Of a stretch of DNA of 64,000 bases, positions 1 to 12,729 are shown piece after piece. The translations under genes and the position numbers were made by a program. Origin of the DNA: Pristiophorus japonicus (Eukaryota); NCBI RefSeq assembly GCF_044704955.1, contig NC_091984.1, positions 143,964,001 through 144,028,000 on the forward strand, in the 5' to 3' direction. Numbering within the stretch: the first letter of the stretch is position 1; each line of letters opens with the position of its first letter. The notes beneath the pieces are model-generated. The model was not told the origin of the DNA. It did not search any database and saw only the letters and a list, made by a program, of their open reading frames with translations.

Positions 1-275
1 ACTTAACGGAGCATATACAAAAGTAGGTAGAAAAACTTAAGCAACCCCCATTATTCACTTTGTGGAGTGGAGCTACTGAATGGCTAGGTTCAATAGGAAC
101 TTCATTGGTAGAAGGTTTAATTATATTTGTTGTAATTATTTTACTTTTATATTGTTTGTTTATGTTGATTAAATGTTGTTGTGACCAGGCGGCTTTAGCT
201 TCTGTCCCGCAGGTGAGACACCTTACAGGTCCCAGCAGACCATCTGTACATGGCACAGAGGTATGTTATGCTTAA
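1..275 (+). mobile_element. env: Endogenous retrovirus env C-terminus (transmembrane anchor and cytoplasmic tail), defective
   Basis: Frame reads LTEHIQK*VEKLKQPPLFTLWSGATEWLGSIG then hydrophobic LVEGLIIFVVIILLLYCLFMLI, KCCC and a short tail; in-frame stop at 24-26; followed by a purine tract and LTR. Confidence 0.75.
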
Positions 276-536
276 GGGAAAGTTATTTACTGGTTGAATT
301 AAGATATTGATTTGGATTAAATTGGAATAAGGTTAATTAACCTACTAAAACCAGACTTCCATTGTGGCCACGATGGAATTCGGGTTGGTGTAAATTTGTG
401 ACGAAGCTACTAGTGGCGAAACACATCAACAAATTTTAGAAGGAGACACTATTAAAATCTATGAAATTATTTTGTAGAATGTTTAACCAGTGATAGCTGA
501 TGTTTTATGATTCAGTTTGTGAAAGAATCAAAGGGG

Positions 537-891
537 TGAATTCAAACAGGCTGCATTCAGACAGGCTGTGAAAATTCACAGACACCAAGTCAGAGATGCG
601 ACGTGAGTGGGAGCATGATGCATTAAGTTATCAATCAACTTGACATTTTAGGACTTTGTGTTGCGAGCCAATTGAAAGGTTAAAAGACTATTAATTGAGC
701 CAATAAGGTCAAAGAAGCCGAGTTCGTTTCTGTAAATTGATCCAGGTATAAGTACAGCCATTTTGACCATGTGATATCAGCAGGACAAAGACCTGGCTTA
801 AAGCCAAGAGCTTCTTACTGCTGCCAAAAATAAAGTGACATTAAAACTACAATCGGAGTTCGTATTTCATTAGAAATTAAGAGATCTAACA
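537..891 (+). mobile_element. ERV 3' LTR
   Basis: Purine tract (gaaagaatcaaagggg, 521-536) then TG; CCAAT at 668 and 700; TATAAG at 747; AATAAA at 829; ends ...ctaaCA at 891 abutting CR1 sequence. Confidence 0.7.
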
Positions 892-1575
892 ATATTCCAG
901 GTGAGGCCTCACTAAGGCCCTGTACAGCTGCAGGAAGACCTCCCTGCTCCTATACTCAAATCCCCTAGCTATGAAGGCCAACATACCATTTGCCTTCTTT
1001 ACTACCTGTATGCCCACTTTCAGTAACTAATGAACCATGGCACCCAGGTCTCATTGCACCTCCCCTTTTTCTAGTTTGCTGCCATTCAGATAATATTCTG
1101 CCTTCGTGTTTTTGCCCCCAAAATGGATAACCTCACATTTATCCACATGAGACTGCATCGACCATGCATTTGCCCACTCACCTAACCTGTCCAAGTCACC
1201 CTGCAGCCTCTTAGAGTCCTCCTCACAGCTCACACCGTCACCCAGCTTAGTGTCATCCGCAAACTTGGACATATTACACTCAATTCCTTCATCTAAATCA
1301 TTAATGTACATTGTAAAGAGCTGGAGTCCCAGCACTGAGCCCTGCGGCACTCCACTAGTCACTGCCTGCCATTCTGAAAAGGACCCGTTTATCCCGACTC
1401 TCTGCTTTCTGTCCGCCAACTAGTTCCCTATCCACATCAGTATATTACCCCCAATACCATGTGCTTTGATTTTGCACACCAATCTCTTGTGCAGGACCTT
1501 GTCAAAAGACTTTTGAAAGTCCAAATACACCACATCCACTGGTTCTCCCTTCTCCACTCTGCTAGTTACATCCTC
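892..1575 (-). mobile_element. CR1 LINE ORF2 (RT) fragment
   Basis: [22 protein letters not shown] motifs in ORF 1051-1419. Confidence 0.9.
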
Positions 1576-1621
1576 AAGTGGTTGACATTTAACTGCCCTG
1601 TGAAATGGCCCAGTGAGTCAC

Positions 1622-2385
1622 TGTAAGATGTGTGGATTTACCTCTCACCCATCCAACAGTTTATAGAGTTCGGACCCATGGAACAGACAGCTCAAGACAA
1701 AGATTTCTGGAATAAGTTCTCTTTACTTAAGATCAACAAGAGGTTACAAGTAAGCCTCTAATAGTACTGTTACACACAGTAATCTTGGATTATAAATAAG
1801 CCTCTAATAGCACTGTTACAAACTTTCGCAGCTTTTTTTATACCCCAAAACTGGGCAGTCCCTCAGTGTGTCCGTGTCCCATTCGATGGGAGTAATGGGC
1901 AGTCCCTCAGTGTGTCCGTGTCCCATTCGATGGGAGTAATGGGCAGTCCCTCAGTATGTGCATGTCCCATTCGATGGGAGTAATGGGCAGTCCCTCAGTG
2001 TGTCCGTGTCCCATTCGCTGGGAGTAATGGGCAGTCCCTCAGTGTGTCCGTGTCCCATTCGATGGGAGTAATGGCCGTAGATGTTCTTCTCCTCTCCTGA
2101 TCAACCAACTAGACAGTTAATCAGTGGGCCTCAAAACTGGAGACTTCATGTGTGCTGATGTTCCTGTTTCTGGGTCTGTTCTCGCAAAGCTCTCATGGTT
2201 TGAAGGCCACTATTTCCCTTACCTGTGAAACACAGCTTTCGAAGTAGCTCAACCACAGGACAGTTTGCAGCGTTCAGCAGCTTTAATGGACATTTGTGCA
2301 GCAGAAAGTCCTGTTGGCCTCGCGAGGCATGCTGGTACATAAAATCTGGTCAAGTTACAGCAAACTTGTACAAAATCTTTCCCCA
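1622..2385 (-). mobile_element. Probable solo LTR with U3 tandem repeats
   Basis: TG...CA ends, minus-strand TATAAAA near 1835-1842, AGTAAA near 1722-1727, internal tandem array on the upstream side of the TATA; splits an older repeat. TSD not clear. Confidence 0.5.
1853..2072. repeat. 44-bp tandem repeat, 5 copies
   Basis: Unit gggcagtccctcagtgtgtccgtgtcccattcgatgggagtaat starting at 1853, 1897, 1941, 1985, 2029. Confidence 0.95.
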
Positions 2386-2499
2386 CTCAGTTGTACAAAC
2401 CATTATTAATAAAAGGAACAGCGGTTCTTCTCAAGGGCAATTAGGGATGGGCAATAAATGCTGGCCTTACTGGCGATGCCCACATCCCAGGAACAAATA

Positions 2500-3915
2500 A
2501 AACAAATAAAAGGGACAGTGGCAGCATGGATACGAAATTGGCTAAGGGACAGGAAACGGAGAGTAGTGGTGAACGGTTGTTTTTCGGACTGGAGGAAGGT
2601 ATACAGTGGTGTTCCCCAGGGGTCGGTACTGGGACCACTGCTTTTCTTGGTGAATATCAATGATTTGGATGTGAGTGCACAGGACACAATTTTAAAATTT
2701 GCAGATGAAACAAAACTTGGAAAGCACAGGTTGTACCTCCCTTATCCAGAATTCCCTTATCCGGAATCACTCCTCGACCAGAACCATTCCCGGCCACTCC
2801 GACATGAACAAATTGAAGAAATTGAAGTCCTTCCTCACTGCCAACTCTCACAATCGCTGGCCTGACCCCGTGATCCACCGCCTCTCCTAATGATCTCTCT
2901 GCCACACTCTCAGCCCCAAGCCAGCCAGCCCCGATAACCCCTTGCTCAGCACCTGTACCATCCAATTTAACATGACCATCCTTCGTCTGGAAAAATCCCT
3001 TATCCAGAACAGGCCAGGTCCCGAGGGTTCCGGATAAGGGAGGTTTAATCTGTACAGTGATCAATGAGGAGGATGCTGATAGGCTTCAAAACATAGACAG
3101 GCTGGTGGAATGGGCGTAGACGTGGCAGATGAAATTTAACGCAAAAAAGTGTAAAGTGATACATTTCGGCAGAAAGAATGATGAGAGGAAATATAAACTA
3201 AAGATTACAATCATAAAGGGGGTAGCATGAACATAGAGACCTGGGGGTATATGTGCACAAATCGTTGTAGGTGGCAGGGCAGGTTGACAAAACGATTTCA
3301 AGAAAGCATACGGGATCCTGGGCTTCATAAATAGAGGCATAGAGTACAAAAGCGTGGAAATTATGATGAACCTGTATTAAACACTGGTTTGGCCTCAACT
3401 GGAGTATTGTGTCCAAGGAGGTGAAAGCCTTGGAGAGGGTGCAGAGGGGATTTACAGGAATGGTTCCAGGGATGAGGGACTTCAGTTACGTGGATAGACT
3501 GGGGAAGCTGGGGTTGTTCTCCTTGGAGCAGAGAAGGTTGAGAGGAGATTTGACCGAGGTGTTCAAAATCATGAGGGGTCTGGACAGAGTAGATAGAGAG
3601 AAACTGTTCCCATTGGCTGAAGGGTCGAGAACCAGAGGACACAGATTTAAGGTGATTGGCAGAAGAACGAAAGGCGACATGAGGGAAAACTTTTTTACAC
3701 AGCGAGTGGTTAGGATCTGGAATGCGCTGCCTGAAAGCCTAGTGGAGACAAACTCAATCGTGGCTTTCAAAAGGGAATTGGATAAGTCCCTGAAAGTAAA
3801 CAATTTGCAGGGCTACGGGGAAGGGGGAGTGGGACTTGCTGAAGTGCTTTTGCAGAGAGCTGGCACATGCTTGATGGGCCGAATGGCCTCCTCCTGTGCT
3901 GCAACCATTCTATGA
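2500..3915 (+). mobile_element. CR1 LINE ORF2 3' part, interrupted by a MITE
   Basis: [35 protein letters not shown] motifs; CR1-type 3' tail (attctatgattc). Confidence 0.9.
2727..3052. mobile_element. Tc1/mariner (Tigger-like) MITE
   Basis: Imperfect terminal inverted repeats caggttgtacctcccttatcc / ggataagggaggtttaatctg, followed by TA; interrupts the CR1 RT frame. Confidence 0.7.
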
Positions 3916-3919
3916 TTCA

Positions 3920-4740
3920 GTGAGATGCGAATGGAACTGAACACTGTGCAGTTATCAGTGAACATCCCCACTTCTGACCTTATGGTGGAGGGAAGGTCAT
4001 TGGTGAAGCAGCTGAAGATGGTTGGGCCTAGGACACTGCCCTGAGGAACTCCTGCAGTGATGTCCTGGGGCTAAGATGATTGACCTCCAACAACTACCAC
4101 CATCTTCCTTTGTGCTCAGTATGACTCCAGCCAGTGAAGAGTTTTCCCCCTGATTCCCATTGACTTCAGGTTTAATGGCTCCTTGATGCCACACTCGGTC
4201 AAATGCTGGCTTGATGTCAAGGGCAGTCACTCTCACCTCACCTCTGGAATTCAGCTCTTTTGTCCATGCTTAGACCAATGCTGTAATGAGTTCTGGGGCC
4301 AAGTGGTCATCGCAGAACCCAAACTGAGCATCTGTGAGCAGGTTATTGGTGAGTAAGTGCCGTTTGATAGCACTGTTGATGACAACTTCCAGCACTTTGC
4401 TGATGATTGGGAGTAGACTGATGGGGCGGTAATTGGCCGGATTGGATTTGTCCTGCTTTTTGTGGACAGGACATACCTGGGCAGTTTTACACATTGTCGG
4501 ATAGATGTCAGTGTTGTAGCTGTACTGGAACAGCTTGGCTAGAGGCGCGGATAGTTCTGGAGCACAAGATTTTAGCATGACAGCCAGGATGTTGCCGGGG
4601 CCCATTGCCTTTGCTGTATCCAGTGTGCTCAGCCATTTCTTGATATCACGTGGAGTGAATTGAATTGGCTGAAGACTGGCTTCTGAGATGGTGGGAACAT
4701 CAGGAGGAGACCAATATGGATCATCCACTCGGCACTTCTG
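3920..4740 (-). mobile_element. CR1-superfamily LINE RT fragment (second family)
   Basis: KAMGPG..., PVHKKQDKSNPANYRPISLL, QFGF, ALDIKPAFDRVWH. Confidence 0.85.
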
Positions 4741-4745
4741 GCTGA

Positions 4746-6570
4746 ATGCGAGGAGAGAGATTAAAAAGCAGCACCTCAAAGGTAGTAATCCCCGGATTAC
4801 TCCCGGAGGCACCTGCTAGTGAGTACAGAAACAGGAGGATAGAGAAGGTGAATGTGTGTCTGGAGAGATGGTGCAGGAAGAAGGGCTTTAGATTCCTGAT
4901 GCATTGGGACCATTTCTGTTGGACCTGTACAAACTGGACGGGTTGCACCTCAACAGAGCCGGGACCAATATCCTCATGGGGGGGGATTTGCTCGTGCAGT
5001 TGGGGAGGGTTTAAACTAGCTTGGAAGGGGGATGGGAACCGGAGAATAGATTCAGTGGGGAGAGAAGTAAAGCTGAAATTGGGCAGCAGAGAAGTAGAAA
5101 GTGTATTTGCAAGACAGAGTAAACAAGGGCTGGAAAATAGACAACAAGGCAGTTTGGCAGTGCGAAATGGTATATACTTCAATGCAAGGAGTATTGGGAA
5201 TAAGGCAGATGAGCTGAGAGCATAGATAGACACTTGGGAGTACGATATTATAGCTATTACTGAGACATGGCTGAAAGAAGGGCAGGTATGGCAGCTCAAC
5301 ATTCCTGGTTACAGGGTTTTCAGACGGGATAGAGAGGGGGATAAAAAAGGAGGGGATCGCAGTATTAATTAAAGAAACAATTGCAGCTGTGAGAAGGGAT
5401 GATATGTTAGAGGGGTCATCAAACGAGGCCATATGGGTTAAATAGAAGAACAAAAAAGGGGCGATCACACTACTGGGACTGTACTATAGACCCCCAAACA
5501 ATCGGAGGGAGATAGAAGAACAAATATTTGGGCAAATTGCTGCGAAGTGCAAAAACTATAGAGCTGTAATAGTGGGGAATTTCAACTATCCGAATATTAA
5601 CTGGGAAAAAAGTAGTGTGAATGGTGCAGAAATTGTTAAAATGCATTCAGGAGAATTTCTTTAGCCAGTATGTAACAAGTGCACCAGATGGCGGGCGGTC
5701 GAGGGGGTCGTTCAGCCCGAATGCCTGCCTCTTTTCTGCGGGTACATTCGAGCCACGGTGTCCCTGGAGATGGAGCACGCGGTGTCCACCGGTACGCTCG
5801 CGGCCTTCCGCGAAACGTGGGCACCGGAGGGACTGGAGTGTGTCATCACCCCCGGCAACCAAATTTTAATTTGATCCTTTAAATGTCAAAAGTTTAATTT
5901 GTTTAATGTGTCGATTTTAGTGCACCTTTAAGAATGGGGCACTTTATTCATCGTTTCATCAAAATAGTTGTAACAAGTCCAACAAGGGAAGGGGCAGTTC
6001 TGGACTTGGTTTTGGGGAGTGAAGAGGGGCAGGTGGAAAGGGTATCAGTGGGAGAGCAATTTGGTGTTCGTGATCATAATTCAGTTAGATTTAGGGAAGT
6101 TATGGAAAAGGACAAAGGTGGACCTGGATTGAAAGTTCTCAATTGGGGAAAAGCCAATTTTGCTGAGCTGAGATGGGATTTGGCCAAAGTGGACTGGAAA
6201 CGGCTACTTGAAGGTAAATCAGTGTCAGAGCAGTGGGAGGCGTTCGCGGAGGATACCTCTACCACCCTTTCAGGTAGTAAGTTCCAGACCCCCACCATCT
6301 TCTGGGTGAAGTAATTTCCCCTCAAATCTCCTCTATACCTCCCCACAATTACTTTAAATCTATGCCCCCTGGTTTTTGACCCCTCTGCCAAGGAAACCAG
6401 GTCCGTCCTATCCACTCTATCCAAGCCCCTCATAATTTTATATACCTCAAGCAGATCTCCCCTCAGCCTCCTCTGTACCAAAGAAAACAACCCCAGCCTA
6501 TCCAATCTTTCCTCATAGTTAAAATTCTCCAGTCCAGGCAACATCCTCGTAAATCTCCTCTGTACCCTCG
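4746..6570. mobile_element. CR1 ORF1 esterase/ORF2 endonuclease (+) with nested Tx1-like 3' fragment (about 5690-5950) and an inverted CR1 3' piece (about 6250-6570)
   Basis: SKVVIPGLLP, YFNARSIGNKADEL, PTREGAVLDLV, DHNSV motifs; GC-rich insert related to the element at 16695-17360. Confidence 0.8.
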
Positions 6571-7099
6571 GTTTAATGTCTAATCCGAAGAAATCGTACT
6601 GTTAATGAAACACTGAAGGCAAGAACTTTGAAGTGGTGGGAATACTCAATGTATCAAGACAGGAACATTGTCAACATTGATTGTGACATCATGCACTCAC
6701 AACCTCCCCATAGTATGCACAATGTGAGCACCAGACCCGAGGACAGAACCCAAGGAGATGTGCCCAGCACCAATCCAAGACAATGATCAATGTAAAGCCA
6801 AAGTTGAATGTTATCAGGGCTGCTTTGCCGATTATTGCCCTGTGATCGCGGGCACCAGCAGCACACGCACCTCTTGTGGGTACAGTCGTGTTGTGGTTAT
6901 GTTGCTGCAGAGCACTCCACAGGCCTGCACTAATAATCCCCACAATCTCACCATGGCCCTTTGACTATTTCAATTCAGCTCTTTTTTAAATTGTAGAAAT
7001 AAAAAGCTGGTCTCAGTAAAAGTGACCACAAAGCTGTCAAATTGTCACAAAAGCCCAATTGGTTCAGTGACGTCCTTTAGGGAAGGAAACCTGCCGTCC

Positions 7100-8605
7100 T
7101 TGCCACATAAAAGGTTACTGCCCAAGATAAGAGCTCACGGGATTGTGGGTAATATATTAGCATGGATAGAGGATTGGCTAACTAACAGCAAACAGAGAGT
7201 CGGGATAAATGGGTCATTTTCAGGTTGGCAAACTGTAATTAGTGGGGTGCCACAGGGATCAGTGCTGGGGCCTCAACTATTTACAATCTATATAAATTAC
7301 TTGGATGAAGGGACCGAGTGTAATGTAACCAAATTTGCTGATGTACAAAGATAGGTGGGAAAGCAAGTTGTGAAGAGGACGCAACGATTCTGCAAATTGA
7401 TATAGACAGGTGAAATAAAAGGGCAAAGATTTGTCAGATGGAGTATAATGTGGGAAAATTTGAGGTTATCCACTTTGGTAGGAAAAACAAAAAAGCAGAT
7501 TATTATTTAAATGGGGAGAGATTACAAAATGCTGCGATACAGTCATTGATATCTTCCTGCAGTCTACAGCTTTCTTCTTCATTATCAACCACACGGCCGG
7601 TTTTAGTATCATCTGCAATCTTCTGAATCATACTCACGACATTGAAGTCTAAATCACTGATATATACCACAAAAAGCAAGGGACCCAACACTGAGCCCTG
7701 CAGAACCCCACTGGAAACTGCCTTCCAATCACAAAAACACACATCAACCATTACCCTCTGCTTCCTGCCTCTGAACCAATTTTGGATCCAACTTGTCACT
7801 TTGCCCTGGATCCCATGGGCTTTTACTTTCATGACAAGTCTGACATGTGGGAGCTTATCAAAAGCCTTGTTAAAATCCATACACACGACATGATATGCAC
7901 TGCCCTCATCGATCCTCCTGGCTACCTCCGCAAAAAATTCAATCAAGTTATTCAGACATGACCTTCCCTTAACAAATCCATGCTGACTGTCCTTGATTAA
8001 TCCGTGTTTTGTTCAATGAAGATTCTTCCTATCCCGCCCCCAAGGTTAGGCTGACTGACCTTTAGTGACTTGAACTATCCCTTTCTCCCTTTTTAAACAA
8101 AGGTACCACGTTTGCAGTCCTCCAGTCCTCCGGTACCTGGGATTGCAATGTCAGCATCGCCGCTCTCGGACAGCTCGGTCAGTAATGGTGCTACCGAGAC
8201 ACTCTTGGTGATGAACAGTGAAGTCCCCCACCCAGAGAACACTCTGTGCCCTTGCTACTCTCAGTGCTTCTTCCAAGTGGTGTTCAACATGGAGGAGTAC
8301 TGATTCATCAGCTGAGGGAGGGCGGGAGGTGGTAATCAGCAGGAGATTTCATTGCCCGTGTTTGACCTGATGCCATCAGACTTCATGGGGTCCGGAGTCA
8401 ATGTTGAGGACTCCCAGGGCCACTCCCTCCCGACTGTATACCACTGAGCCACCACCTCGGGTGATGGAGGAGTCTGGGACATTGGCTGAAAGGTCTGATT
8501 CTGTGAGTAGGACGATGTCAGGCTGGTGCTTGACTAGTCTGTGGGGCAGCTCTCCCACTTTTGACACAAGTCCCCAGATGTTGGTGAGGAGGACGTTGCA
8601 GGGTC
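7100..8605. mobile_element. Patchwork of CR1 RT fragments (both strands) and a LINE endonuclease fragment
   Basis: ORFs 7022-7354, 7503-7946 (RT motifs) and 8376-8567 (PDIVLLTES). Confidence 0.8.
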
Positions 8606-9446
8606 AGCACTGAGCCTGGGTCCGCTGTCCGAGCCGGTCTGAGCTGCTGTTATTCTGCCTGATTGGATGGTTATTATTAGAGACTCAGACCACAGCAGAA
8701 ATCCCCCGTGCAAAAAATAACTGAAGAGACTGTCAGATCGGAAGAATGAAACTTCACCCACAGAAGAAGTGAAAGAGGGAGGTTGTCACAGCTGTACGTT
8801 TGTTAATGGCACGGGAGAAAACTGTGAACCGCGCTCACAGCCTCGAATCTTACAGCACAGAAGGAGGCCATTCGGCCCATCGTGCCTGTGCCGGCTGTTT
8901 GAAAGAATTACCCAATTAGTCCCACCCCCCCTCTCTTTCCCCGTAACCCAGCAAATTGTTCCTTTTCAAGTATATATCCAATTCCATCAGCATTAGACTG
9001 CCCCTAGCCTGGGCACAACATTGGCATCTCATTCATTCACTGGGACAGGAAATGGCTGCTGTGGAAAATGGAGCCCAGGGCTCTGAACATTCCCCCTCCT
9101 CTCCGGAGGAAGGCTTCATGCTGGGGTCCAGTTCCATGGGCCCCGACAGCAAGTTCCGACCTCATCCACTTCCCCATTCCACATGTGTAAGCCTGGACCC
9201 TCTCAGCACGATATCCGACTGCAGGAGGCCTCACCACTGTGTCCAGCACTGTCCTCACCTGAAAACCCACATACAGCTTGCATTGATCTGAGGCCTTTAA
9301 CATGCCAAAGGTCTCAAGACACTTCACATCGCTGCTGTCAGAGCGGGGAGAGTGGGGGTTCAGGGGGCTTTAGGAAGGATGATTGAAGGCCTGGGTGAAA
9401 GGATGGTGTTTGATGAAGGAGAGAGAGCTGGAGAGGGGGAGGGATT

Positions 9447-11905
9447 AGAACATAAGGAATAAGAGCAGGAGTAGGCCATACGGCCCCTCGAGCCTGCTCC
9501 GCCATTTAATATGATCATGGCTGATCCGATAATGGACTCAATTTCACTTCCCTGCCCGCTCCCCATTACCCCTTATTCCCTTATCGGTTAAGAAACTGTC
9601 TATTTCTGTCTTAAATTTATTCAATGACCCAGCTTCCACAGCTCTCTGAGGCAACGAATTCCACAAATTTATAACCCTCTGAGAGAAAAAATTCCACCTC
9701 ATCTCAGTTTTAAATGGGCGGCCCCTTATTCTAAGATTATGCCCTCTCGTTCTAGTCTCCCCTATCATTAATAACATCCTCTCTGTATCCACCTTGTCAA
9801 ACCCCCTCATAATCTTATATGTTTTGATAAGATCACCTCTCATTCTTCTGATTTCCAATGAGTAGAGGCCCAACCTACTCAACCTTTCCTCATAAGTCAA
9901 CCCCCTTACCCCTGGAATCGACCGAGTGAACCTTCTCTGAACTGCCTCCAAAGCAAGTATGTCCTTTCTTAAATATGGAAACCAAAACTTTATGCAGTGT
10001 TCCAGTTGTGGCTTCACCAATACCCGGTATAACTGTAGCAAACACTTCCTTGCATTTATACTCCATCCCCTTTGCAATAAAGGCCAAGATTCCATTGGCC
10101 TTCCTGATCACTTGCTATACCTGCACACTAACCTTTTATGTTTCATGTACCAGGACCCCCAGGTCCCACTGTACTGCAACACTTTGTTATTTTTCTCCAC
10201 ATAAATAATAACTTGCTCTTCGATTTTTTTCTGCCAAAGTGTATAACCTCACACTTTCCAACATTATACTCAATCTGCCAAATGTTTGCCCACTCACTTA
10301 GCCTGTCTATGTCCTTTTGCAGCACTTTTGTGTTCTCCTCATACCTTGTTTTTACTCCTATCTTTGTAGCATCAGCAAACTTGGCTACATTACACTCGGT
10401 CCCATCTTCCAAGTTGTTAATATAGATTGTAAATAATTGGGGTCGCAGCACTGATCCCTGTAGCACCCCACTAGTTACTGATTGCCAACCCAAGAATGAA
10501 CCATTTATCCCAACTCTGATTTCTGTGAGTTAGCCAATCCTCTCTCCAAGCTGATATATTTCCCCCAACCTCATTAACTTCTATCTTGTGCCTTTTATGT
10601 GGCACCTTATCGAGTGCCTTCTGGAAATCCAAATACACCACATCCACTGGTTCCCCTTTATCCACCCTGCTCGTTAAATCCTCAAAGAATTCCAGAAAAT
10701 TTGTCAAACATGACTTCCCCTTCATAAATCCATTCTGACTCTACCTGACTGAATTATGTTTTTCCAAATGGCCTGCTACTGTTTCTTTAATAATGAACTG
10801 CAACATTTTCCCAACCACAGATATTAGGCTAACTGATCTATAATTTTCTGCTTTTTGTCTGCATCCTTTTTTTAATAGGGCATTACTTTACAGTTTTCCA
10901 ATCTGCTGGGATCTCCCCAGAATCCAGGGAATTTTGGTAAATTACAATCAATGCATCCACTATCCCTGTCGTTACTTCTCTTAAGACCCCAGGATGTAAG
11001 CCATCAGGTCCAGTGGATTTATCCGCCTTTAGTCCCATTATCTTACTGAGTACCACCTCCTTAGTGATTGTGATTGTGTTAAGTTCCTCCCCACACTATA
11101 AACCCCTGACTATGCACTATTGGGATATTTTTAGTGTCTTCTACCGTAAAGACTGCTTCAAAATATTTGTTCAGAGTTTCTGTCATCTCTATGTTCCCCA
11201 TCACTAATTCTCCGGTCTCGACCTCGAAGGGACCAACATTGACTTTAGCCACTCTTTTCTTTTAGTGTACCTGTAGAAACTCTTGCTATCTGTTTTTATA
11301 TTTTGTGCTAGTTTACTTTCATCTTCCCTTTCTTAATCATTTTTTTAGTCATTCTTTGCTGGATTTTAAAAGCTTCCCAATCTTCTGCCCTCCCACTAGT
11401 TTTGGCCACATTGTATGCCCTTTTTAAAAAAAATTGGATACCCTCCTTTATTTCTTTAGTTAGCCATGGATGGCTATCTTTTCTTTTACACCCTTTTCTC
11501 CTCACTGGAATATATTTTTCTTGAGAGTTATTAAATATCTCCTTAAATATATGCCACTGTTCATTAACCGTCCTACATTTTAATCTATTTTCCCAGTCCA
11601 CTTTAGCCAACTCTGCCCTCATACTTTGTAGTCTCCTTTATTTAAGCTAGGTACGCTTTCTCACCCTCCATCTGAATTTGAAATTCAACCATGCTATGAT
11701 CACTCATTGCAAGGGGATCGTTGACTGGGAGATTGTTTATTAATCCTGTCTCATTACACAGGACCAGATCTAAGATAGCCTGTCCTGGTTGGTTCTGTTA
11801 CATACTGCTCAAGGAACCTATCCCTTATGCACTCTATGAACTCTTCTTCAATGCTATCCTGACCAATTTGATTTGTCCCATCAATATGGAGGTTAAAATC
11901 ACCCA
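9447..11905 (-). mobile_element. CR1 LINE ORF2, degraded, with 3' end
   Basis: Collinear RT fragments 9544-10095, 10143-10493, 10471-10725, 11308-11622; 3' tail at about 9447. Confidence 0.9.
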
Positions 11906-12582
11906 TTACAAGTCATACCACGACAACTTGCAGCGCGAGCTGCTCCATGTGAGCAACGGCTTCGAGGTGGGTGATTGGGTGATGTCATCAGAACCCAGGT
12001 CGCCATTTGGAGCGTGAGCAGGAGCATCAGCTGGGCCCAGGTAAAGCAGAGAAGCTGGAAGGTCGCGGCGGAGGTGTGGTGAGTGATCGAGGTGGAGGAG
12101 CGATGAGGGATCGTGGCTGAGATTCGGTGTGTGATCGTAGCAGAGTTCCGGCAAATGTTTAGTGCGGAGGTGCAGCGGGAGATTGTGGCAGAGGTCAGGC
12201 GAATGTTTAGTGCAAAGGAGCGGCGAGAGATCGTGGCAGAGGTGTGACTAATGAGGGTTCGGAGCCCAAAAGAGCCGAGGGCCCAGGGACAGCACGGGCC
12301 AGCCCACACTGTGATATGTGTGCGCACTAGGTCCGTGCAGCAGAGCAGGTCTCCAGTCGTCCTGGTTTACCCTTGCCACTGGATATAGGCCTAGCTCTTT
12401 CAAGCCCGTGTGGTGGCTGATGTGCAACAGTCACCACATGTTAAAAAAAATCTACACACAGGCATCTTCCACCCCCTCAATTGGCGTTCAGGTCTAGAAT
12501 ATCGGGTTCTTCATTGAGACATCTCTGAACTCATTTGGAAGCAAGTCATCCTCGTTCGAGGGATCACCGAAGATGATGATGA
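11906..12582 (+). mobile_element. Non-autonomous retroelement with RTE-like 3' tail
   Basis: Ends ggaagcaagtcatcctcg...gatgatgatga, matching the RTE 3' end seen inverted at about 41920-41970; internal degenerate repeats. Confidence 0.55.
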
Positions 12583-12720
12583 GTAGGTCAGTGAGGTCAG
12601 GGGCAGTATGTCAGTGAGGTCAGGGGCAGTAGGTCAGTGAGGTCAGGGGCAGTAGGTCAGTGAGCTCAGGGGCAATAGGTCAGTGAGGTCAGGGGCAACA
12701 GGTCAGTGAGGTCTGGGGCC
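12583..12720. repeat. 23-bp minisatellite, 6 copies, containing AGGTCAgtgAGGTCA
   Basis: Unit gtaggtcagtgaggtcaggggca at 12583, 12606, 12629, 12652, 12675, 12698. Confidence 0.95.
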
Positions 12721-12729
12721 AATACGTGA

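Noticed and set aside
1853-2072. CRISPR-like palindromic repeats
   Set aside because: Head-to-tail units with no unique spacers, in vertebrate DNA.
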